In this document: in pieces, positions 1-7,293 of the stretch
Layout of the letters: each line of letters starts with the position of its first letter
How positions within the stretch are numbered: position 1 is the stretch's first letter
NCBI GenBank assembly: GCA_044220955.1
Contig: JBGAQA010000110.1
Span: 1 to 20,790, forward strand
Length of the DNA: 20,790 nucleotides
Source of the DNA: Sandaracinaceae bacterium
GTDB taxonomy: Bacteria > Myxococcota_A > Polyangia > Polyangiales > Sandaracinaceae
Direction: 5' to 3'
Notes under the pieces: generated by a model
The model's database searches: none
The model's input: only the letters and a program-made list of their open reading frames with translations
What the model was told of the DNA's origin: nothing
Position numbers and translations under genes: made by a program

Positions 1-1
1 G

Positions 2-1247
2 CCGGGCCCGATCGCCGGCTGGCTGCGCGACACGCTCATCGAGGCCGGCACCGTCGACCGCGTCGCCGTGGTGATCGCCGTCCTGGCGCACATCCTCGTC
101 GGCGCCGCGCTCGTCGCCGCGCTCGTCCGGATCGGCGCGCGCCTCGTGAGCGCGGAGGTCGCGGCCGCGGCCGTCGTCGTCGTCGCGGCGCTGCCGAACG
201 TCCGCTCGCAGGTCGAGGCGGGCGGCGTGCTCCTGCTCGTGCACGCGCTGGCCGTGCTCGCGGTCGAGCGCCTCACGAGCGGCCGCCGGGTGCTCGGCGT
301 CGTGCTCGCAGTGCTCGCCGCGGGCCTCGTCGGGCTCACGGACGAGGGCACGTCGCTCTTCACGTCGGCGATCACCCCCTTCGCCGCGCTGACGCACGCC
401 GCGCTGCACGAGGGCGCCTCGCGGCTCGCGCTCCCGATCGTGGTGCTCGGCGTCCTCGGCACGGCCGTCGCGTTCCTCGACGCGCGGGGCCGCCCCACGG
501 CGATCGCGTTCGGCGCTCTCGCACTCCTCGGCGTCTGCCCAGGTCTCGCGACGACGGATGTGGGCTACCGGCCCCTCGCGGCGCTCGCGCGCGCCCGGGA
601 TGGCGCTCGCGCTCTCGACCAAGGCGGACCTCGCGGGCTCGCTCCGGGCCATGCTCCCGCCGCGCGCGCCGCTCGCCGCGGGGCTTCTGGCCCTCACGCT
701 GCTCATGACGGTCGGGACCGTGCGGCGCGTCCGCGCCGAGGGCGAGCCCTTCCACCTCGCGAGCTACCGCGGCGTCCGCGGCGCGGTCGTCCTGCTGCAC
801 GAGGGCGAGCGCGACGTTCCCTGCGACTTCCTCGCGTGGGAGCACATGAGCTGGGAGTGCAGCCACTACGACGCGGGCCTCTCCGGGATGTTCGGCCTCG
901 CGCTCTCGGGCGGCCCGATCGAGGTCGGGCACGTCCCCGAGGTGCTCGCGCTCCTCCCGACCGGGCAGCGCGGCCAGACGCGGCGCGTGATCTGGCCCTC
1001 GCTGCGCGCCGGCCCGGAGCTCCTGATCCGCTGGGCCATCCCCGACGGCCAGCGCGGCGGCGGCACGCTTCGGGTGCTCGTGAACGACGTCGAGCGCGCG
1101 GCCATCGTGATGCCGCGCGAGCCCGACGGCTGGGATCGCATCGTCCGCATCGACACGACCGAGGTGTGGGGGCAGGACGCACGCCTCGAGATCAGCCTCG
1201 GCGGCACTGGCGTCGCCTCCGTCGTCGGCATCGACGCCGCGTGGTAG
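2..1247 (+). CDS. Multi-pass membrane protein with C-terminal soluble (probably extracytoplasmic) domain; 5' end outside window; apparent frameshift near 587-594
   Basis: Frame +2 is open from base 2 (PGPIAGWLRDTLIEAG...) with several hydrophobic segments up to ~589. It then turns into R/G/P-rich shadow sequence, while frame +3 continues protein-like (APGMALALSTKADLAG...LLALTLLMTVG...CDFLAWEHMSWECSHYD...IDAAW, stop TAG 1245-1247). Confidence 0.6.
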
Positions 1248-1255
1248 CATCGGGC

Positions 1256-1507
1256 GTGTCCGCGCGAGAACAGGAGACGGCCGAGCAGCGTGCGGAGCGC
1301 CGTCGTCGCACCTGGAGCGGGGGTGTTGCGCGGTCGTTCGAGGAGCTCGAGCAGATCGAGCTCGCGGAGGCGCTCCGGACCACGCCCGCCGACCGGATCC
1401 GCGCCGTCACCGAGCTCGTCATCACGTTCTTCGATCTGAGGACCGACGATGGAACTCCTCCCCGACTTCCGAGATCTCCTGGTGGAGTTCGAGCGCTCCG
1501 CGGTTGA
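1256..1507 (+). CDS. Small (83 aa) helical protein overlapping the downstream nucleotidyltransferase; putative antitoxin/partner
   Basis: GTG at 1256 preceded by extended -10 TG-g-TAGCAT (1242-1250). Translation VSAREQETAEQRAERRRRTWSGGVARSFEELEQIELAEALRTTPADRIRAVTELVITFFDLRTDDGTPPRLPRSPGGVRALRG is protein-like, unlike the preceding shadow part of ORF 68..1507. Confidence 0.65.
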   Translation: MSAREQETAEQRAERRRRTWSGGVARSFEELEQIELAEALRTTPADRIRAVTELVITFFDLRTDDGTPPRLPRSPGGVRALRG

Positions 1508-1919
1508 GGCGGTCCTCGTCGGCGGATACGCGGTCGCGTTCCACGGGCATCCCCGGAGCACCAAGGACATCGACCTCGTCCTCGCACCCGATGCTGCCAA
1601 CCTCGCGCGGGCAGCCGACGCCCTCGCCCGCTTCGGCGCACCACGAGCGGTCGCCGACGCGGTCCGCACGATGGCCGACTCGGACGTCGTCTGGTTCGGA
1701 CAGGAGCCCGGGCGCGTCGATCTGCTTCGTGCGATCGACGGGGTCACGACGGCAGATCTCTTCGCGCATGCACGTTCGGAGCTCATCGACGGCGTCCGCG
1801 TTCGTGTGATCTCGCCGGAGGATCTGATCACCAACAAGCGCGCGGCGGGGCGTCTGCAGGATCTCGCCGACGCCGAGAAGCTCGAGCGGCTGCGAGCACG
1901 TGCCGGTGGTGTAGAGTAG
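1449..1919 (+). CDS. Minimal nucleotidyltransferase (DUF6036 / AbiEii-like Pol-beta superfamily), 156 aa
   Basis: Motif VLVGGYAVAFHGHPRSTKDIDL (GG...R.T.DxD), RVDLL third acidic residue, C-terminal LITNKRAAGRLQDLAD (K..AGR..D..D). Confidence 0.85.
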   Translation: MELLPDFRDLLVEFERSAVEAVLVGGYAVAFHGHPRSTKDIDLVLAPDAANLARAADALARFGAPRAVADAVRTMADSDVVWFGQEPGRVDLLRAIDGVTTADLFAHARSELIDGVRVRVISPEDLITNKRAAGRLQDLADAEKLERLRARAGGVE

Positions 1920-1926
1920 GCGCGCT

Positions 1927-2883
1927 TTGGCGGGAAGACGGGGCCGCAAGGCAGACGACACGCTGGTGGATCTCGCGCCCGAGGGCGTGAAGGTGGTCCC
2001 GCGCGAGGCGCACGAGCGCATCGGGAGCTCCATCGCGGGCCGCTTCCGGATCGACGCGCTGCTCGGTGAGGGCGGGATGGGCGCGGTGTTCGAGGGGATC
2101 GACGCGACGACGGGCGAGCGCCTCGCGCTCAAGGTGCTGCACGACCGCTACGCGGTGCTCGACGAGCACGTCGCTCGCTTCCACCACGAGGCGCGCGTGA
2201 TGAAGCGGATCCCGCACGTCGGGATCCCGCGCGTCGTCGCCGCGGGCATGGACGAGCGGCGTCGCGCCTACATCGCGCTCGAGAAGCTCGAGGGGCAGGA
2301 CCTCAGCGACGCGCTCGACGAAGGACCGCTCGACGCGAAGGACGTCGTCGAGGTCGGCCACCAGCTCCTCGCGGTGCTCGCGCACGTGCACGCGCACGGG
2401 ATCATCCACCGCGACGTGAAGCCGGAGAACATCTTCCTCGGCTTCGACGGCGACGATCTGCGCGTGAAGCTCCTCGACTTCGGCATCGCGAAGGTGCGCG
2501 GTGACTCCATGGACTCGGACGCGATCCGCACGCACGACGGCGTGCGCCTCGGCACCCCGCACTACATGAGCCCCGAGCAGTGGCGCGGCGAGGAGCTGAC
2601 CGAGCGCAGCGACGTGTGGGCCGCGGGCGCCGTCCTCTACACGGCGACGACGGGTGATCCCCCGTACGATGCCGAGGACCTCGGCGAGCTGATGGAGCTC
2701 ATCACGAAGACGCCCGCGCCCTCGCTCGCGAAGCTCCGCCCCGAGCTGGGGCCGGCGTTCACGGACACGATCGACCGCGCGCTGAAGAACGACCCGAGGC
2801 AGCGCTGGGCGAACGCCCGGGCCATGGCGGCGGCGCTCCACGAGGGCGGGATCCGCGTGGATGCTCTCGACTGGGACGAGTGA
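1927..2883 (+). CDS. Hanks-type Ser/Thr protein kinase, kinase domain only (318 aa)
   Basis: GEGGMGAV glycine loop, ALK, HRDVKPEN catalytic loop, DFG, GTPHYMSPE, SDVWAAG; TTG start; no TM or sensor domain. Confidence 0.95.
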   Translation: MAGRRGRKADDTLVDLAPEGVKVVPREAHERIGSSIAGRFRIDALLGEGGMGAVFEGIDATTGERLALKVLHDRYAVLDEHVARFHHEARVMKRIPHVGIPRVVAAGMDERRRAYIALEKLEGQDLSDALDEGPLDAKDVVEVGHQLLAVLAHVHAHGIIHRDVKPENIFLGFDGDDLRVKLLDFGIAKVRGDSMDSDAIRTHDGVRLGTPHYMSPEQWRGEELTERSDVWAAGAVLYTATTGDPPYDAEDLGELMELITKTPAPSLAKLRPELGPAFTDTIDRALKNDPRQRWANARAMAAALHEGGIRVDALDWDE

Positions 2884-2914
2884 TCGCTCGGGCCGCTCGG
2901 GCCTCTCTGTCTTG

Positions 2915-2940
2915 GTCCGTCCGTGTGGCTACGGACGGAC
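2915..2940. promoter_or_regulatory. Perfect 10-bp inverted repeat (GTCCGTCCGT-gtggct-ACGGACGGAC) between kinase and LeuA-like gene
   Basis: Read directly from sequence. No U-tract on either strand, so function (operator or RNA hairpin) is unknown. Confidence 0.4.
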
Positions 2941-2995
2941 ACTCCGTGAGGAACACCCTTGCAGTCGGAGACCCAAAGCAAAAGGATCCCACCCG

Positions 2996-4231
<1,236 letters not shown>

Positions 4232-4277
4232 TCCGGCGCGCCGCGGGGAAGAAATCGACGTCGGCGCCGTAGCCGCG

Positions 4278-4304
4278 GGAACCGGGCGCACCCCGCGCTG
4301 TCTG
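4278..4304 (+). promoter_or_regulatory. Putative ECF-sigma promoter GGAACC-N16-GTCTG
   Basis: GGAACC 4278-4283, 16-nt spacer, GTCTG 4300-4304. Resembles the sigmaE-type GGAAC-N16/17-GTC consensus and lies 25 nt upstream of ATG 4329. Confidence 0.5.
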
Positions 4305-4328
4305 CGCCTTCCGAAAGGGAGGTGCGCG

Positions 4329-4682
4329 ATGATCCTGGAGAGCTTTCACAACGGTGGCTGGGGCATGTGGCCGACGCTCGTGGTCGGCCTGCTGATGATC
4401 GGCGTGTCGGCGCGCTATGCGGTCTCGCCGGAGCGGCGCTTCGTGCCGCTCATCGCGGCGAGCAGCGTGCTCACGTTCCTGACCGGGCTGCTCGGCTTCG
4501 TCACGGGCCTCATCGCGACGTCGCAGTACTACGACGCGAGCGCCGCACCGCCGAACGTCGTGGTCGTGGGCTTCGGCGAGTCGCTCAACAACGTCGGCCT
4601 CGCCCTCGTGCTGCTCGCCGTCGGCATGATCGCCGTGACGCTCGGTGCGGCGCGCCACGCGCGCACGCCGAGCGTCGCCTGA
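4329..4682 (+). CDS. Small 3-TM membrane protein resembling a miniature MotA/TolQ/ExbB-family subunit (117 aa)
   Basis: SD GGGAGG 4317-4322. N-terminal GGWGMWP, GLLGFVTGLI (cf. GLLGTVxGMI) and GFGESLNN (cf. GIxEALxTT). Confidence 0.65.
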   Translation: MILESFHNGGWGMWPTLVVGLLMIGVSARYAVSPERRFVPLIAASSVLTFLTGLLGFVTGLIATSQYYDASAAPPNVVVVGFGESLNNVGLALVLLAVGMIAVTLGAARHARTPSVA

Positions 4683-4696
4683 GCCCGGCGCCGGCG

Positions 4697-5578
4697 CTAC
4701 TCGCCGAGCAGCTCGCGCTTGGCCCTCTGCATGTCGCGCTTGGCCGCGTCGGGCACGTCGGGGTAGCGCAGCTTCATGCCCTCGAGCGCCTCGACCACGA
4801 TCTGCGCGACGGCCCGCCGCATGTAGTGCTTGTCGTCGGCCGGGATCGCGTACCAGGGCGCCCAGGGGCGTGAGGTCTCGTTCAGGGCGTCCTCGTACGC
4901 GGCCATGTAGCGGTCCCAGTGCTGCCTCTCGCGGATGTCGGCGCCGCTGAATTTCCAGTTCGCGGCCGGGTCGTCGATGCGCGCGAGGAGGCGCTCCTTC
5001 TGCTCCTTCTTGCTGACGTGGAGCCAGAACTTGAGGATGTGCGTCCCGTTGCGAGCGAGGTGCCGCTCCATGTCGCGGATGGAGTCGTAGCGCTCGTCCC
5101 AGATCTGGCCGAGCTTGGGGCGGTCGGGGAGCTTCTGGAAGTCGAGCAGCTCCGGGTGCACGCGCACCACGAGCACCTCTTCGTAGTAGCTGCGGTTGAA
5201 GATCCCGATGCGCCCGCGCTCGGGCATGCAGCGGTACGTGCGCCAGAGGAAGTCGTGATCGAGGTCGAGGTCGCTCGGCTTCTTGAACGAGTAGACCTCG
5301 CAGCCCGCCGGGTTGATGCCCGACATCACGGCCTTGACCGTGCCGTCCTTCCCGGCGGCGTCGAGCGCCTGGAAGACGAGCAGGAGCGAGCGCTGGTCGT
5401 TCGCCATCAGCTTGCCCTGCAGCTTCTGCATCCGCGTGACGAGCACCGAGAGCTCCGCCTCGTTCTCGTCCTCCCTGCGGAGCTTCTTGGGCGCGCGCGT
5501 GTCGTGCTTGCGGACGCGGAAGCGGCCGTCGAAGGGCACGAGGTGCGGCGAGTCGACGACGTGGAATCGCTTGCTCAT
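4697..5578 (-). CDS. ppk2: Polyphosphate kinase 2 family, probably class III
   Basis: Walker A FQALDAAGKDGTVK, HDFLWR, Walker B region IFNRSYYEEVLVVRVH, NWKFS..D..ER..W..Y..AYE, APWYAIPADDK; single domain, 293 aa. Confidence 0.93.
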   Translation of the reverse strand: MSKRFHVVDSPHLVPFDGRFRVRKHDTRAPKKLRREDENEAELSVLVTRMQKLQGKLMANDQRSLLLVFQALDAAGKDGTVKAVMSGINPAGCEVYSFKKPSDLDLDHDFLWRTYRCMPERGRIGIFNRSYYEEVLVVRVHPELLDFQKLPDRPKLGQIWDERYDSIRDMERHLARNGTHILKFWLHVSKKEQKERLLARIDDPAANWKFSGADIRERQHWDRYMAAYEDALNETSRPWAPWYAIPADDKHYMRRAVAQIVVEALEGMKLRYPDVPDAAKRDMQRAKRELLGE

Positions 5579-5618
5579 GGCACCACGGTACCAGACGGCG
5601 CCGCCGGATTCGCCCGGC

Positions 5619-6509
5619 TCACTCGGCCGCAGCGTCTGCGGGCTCGATCGCCGGCGCGCGCGGCGCGGTCGCCACGATCAGCGTGCCCACCGTCACGAGG
5701 CCGGCGCCCACCCAGGTGAGCGGCGTCGGGAGCTCGCCGAAGAAGAGCGCGCCGAGCGCGAAGCTGAACACGATCTGCACGTAGCTGAACGCGCTCGCCC
5801 GCGCGGCGGGCAGCTGGCTCAGGCCCTCCGTCATCTTCAGCTGGCCGAGCTGCGTGACCAGGCCGACCGCGAGCAAGAGGAGCCACTCGCGCGGCGTCGG
5901 CGCGACCCAGACCGGGATCACGAAGGGGAGGGTGAGCGGCACCACGAGCAGCGGGAAGTGGAACACCACGACGAGCGGGTGCTCCGTGCGCAGCTTCCGC
6001 ACGACGACCGACGCCGAGGCGCCGAACACCGCGCCGAGCATGCCGATCGCGACGCCCAGCGGCGAGAGGGAGACGCCGGCGCCCCCGAAGAGGAACGCCG
6101 GCTGCGTGACGAGGACCACGCCGGCCAGGCCCAGCGCGACGCCGACGAGCTCGCGCGGTCCCACGCGCTCGCCGAGCAGGAAGGGCGCCGCGAGCGCCAC
6201 GAAGAGCGGGTTGGTGAAGTGGATGACCGTCGCCTCCGCGAGCGGAAGCACGGTCACCGCGTAGAAGTAGCACTGCAGCCCGCCGAGTCCGATGAGGCCG
6301 CGGACGATCAGCCACTTGTTCCCGTGTCCGAACGCCGGGATGCCCGCGCCGCGCAGCGCGACGTACGACGCGACGAGCGTGACGACGCCGCGCGCGAGGG
6401 CGATCTGCACCGAGGGCAGGCGCTCGCCCGCGAGCTTCACGAGCGCGCTCATCACGGCGAAGGCGAACGCCGAGACGATCATCGCGCGGATGCCGGGCGA
6501 GAGGCGCAC
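5619..6509 (-). CDS. DMT/EamA-family transporter (~296 aa, ~10 TM)
   Basis: Two EamA-like halves (LPLAEATVIHFTNPLFVALAAPFLLGER; ASAFSYVQIVFSFALGALFFGE). Start GTG 6509 is inferred; the upstream part of the 466-aa ORF is shadow. Confidence 0.9.
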   Translation of the reverse strand: MRLSPGIRAMIVSAFAFAVMSALVKLAGERLPSVQIALARGVVTLVASYVALRGAGIPAFGHGNKWLIVRGLIGLGGLQCYFYAVTVLPLAEATVIHFTNPLFVALAAPFLLGERVGPRELVGVALGLAGVVLVTQPAFLFGGAGVSLSPLGVAIGMLGAVFGASASVVVRKLRTEHPLVVVFHFPLLVVPLTLPFVIPVWVAPTPREWLLLLAVGLVTQLGQLKMTEGLSQLPAARASAFSYVQIVFSFALGALFFGELPTPLTWVGAGLVTVGTLIVATAPRAPAIEPADAAAE

Positions 6510-6592
6510 TGCGAGAGTCGCTCTACCGCGCCGCCGGCGCGTGTCGACGTCCACGGCGGCAGAACGGATCAGGCCTCTCTCGAATTGCGTCG

Positions 6593-6659
6593 GCTCGCCG
6601 CTCCGGCCCCTCCCGTCCGCGGGCTGCGCCCGCTCCCGTCCGGGACCTCCGTGGCGAGC
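6593..6659 (-). repeat. Intergenic 67-nt imperfect palindrome (REP-like) with three symmetric GGA/GGA internal loops and GCA triloop
   Basis: Minus strand: GCTCGCC AC GGA GGTCCC GGA CG GGA GCGGGC GCA GCCCGC GGA CG GGA GGGGCC GGA GC GGCGAGC. Confidence 0.6.
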
Positions 6660-6672
6660 ACTCCTCTCGTGA

Positions 6673-7293
6673 TCAGACCTGGATCCGCGCGAGGAATTCC
6701 GCGATGGACGGCGGAGACGTCTCGAGCGCGCCGCCGTCCAGCGTGACGTGCGCGAGCGCCAGGTACCTCCGGTCCCGGCTCGCGAGCAGCTCTGCGTATG
6801 CACCGGGGAGGGCCTCGAACGCCGTCTGCCCCGGCGGCGCGTGGAAGGCGCCGGCCCACACCACGGGCTTGGGCTCCTCGAGGTAGCGCTCCAGCATCGT
6901 CTCGCGCCGCGCCTCGGGCGTGCGCAGGTAGACGACCCGGCACTTCTCGCGGATCGCCGCGAGCAGATCCTGCGGGAGGTAGACGACGCTTCCCGTCGTG
7001 TCGAGGACGTGCGCCTCACCGGTGCGGCCGAGCGCGGCGCGCGTCACTTCCTCCTCGAGCGCGAGGTAGCGCGCCTCGCGCTCCGCGTAGCCGGGCGTCC
7101 ATGGCATCCGCATCCAGCGGCCGAGCGCGTGCACCGGCTGCTCGCCAGGATCGGGCCTCACGATCGAGGAGAGGCGCGCGCCGATCTCGGCGTCGCAGTC
7201 GTGAACGACGAAGCCCGCCTCGTACGCGAGCCGCCGCGCCCAGAACGACTTGCCGACGCCGGACATGCCGACGAGCGCGATGGGGGCGCTCAA
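6673..7293 (-). CDS. Shikimate-kinase-like P-loop kinase/ATPase (206 aa)
   Basis: IALVGMSGVGKS Walker A, HDCD, LEE, VLDTTGSVVY, VVYL, R...Y near C-terminus. TTG start at 7293 overlaps the TGA of the upstream gene (TTGA). Confidence 0.8.
   Translation of the reverse strand: MSAPIALVGMSGVGKSFWARRLAYEAGFVVHDCDAEIGARLSSIVRPDPGEQPVHALGRWMRMPWTPGYAEREARYLALEEEVTRAALGRTGEAHVLDTTGSVVYLPQDLLAAIREKCRVVYLRTPEARRETMLERYLEEPKPVVWAGAFHAPPGQTAFEALPGAYAELLASRDRRYLALAHVTLDGGALETSPPSIAEFLARIQV

Noticed and set aside
68..1507. 479-aa ORF as a single protein
   Set aside because: The middle (~590-1255) is R/G/P-rich shadow of the +3 frame. It artificially joins a frameshifted membrane gene to a separate small ORF.
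2884..2995. Leucine attenuator or intrinsic terminator upstream of the LeuA-like gene
   Set aside because: No Leu-rich leader peptide and no U-tract after the hairpin on either strand.
6593..6659. Six GGA motifs as a CsrA/RsmA-sponge sRNA
   Set aside because: The GGAs face each other in internal loops of one long stem rather than sitting in apical ANGGA loops, and no separate promoter or terminator is evident.
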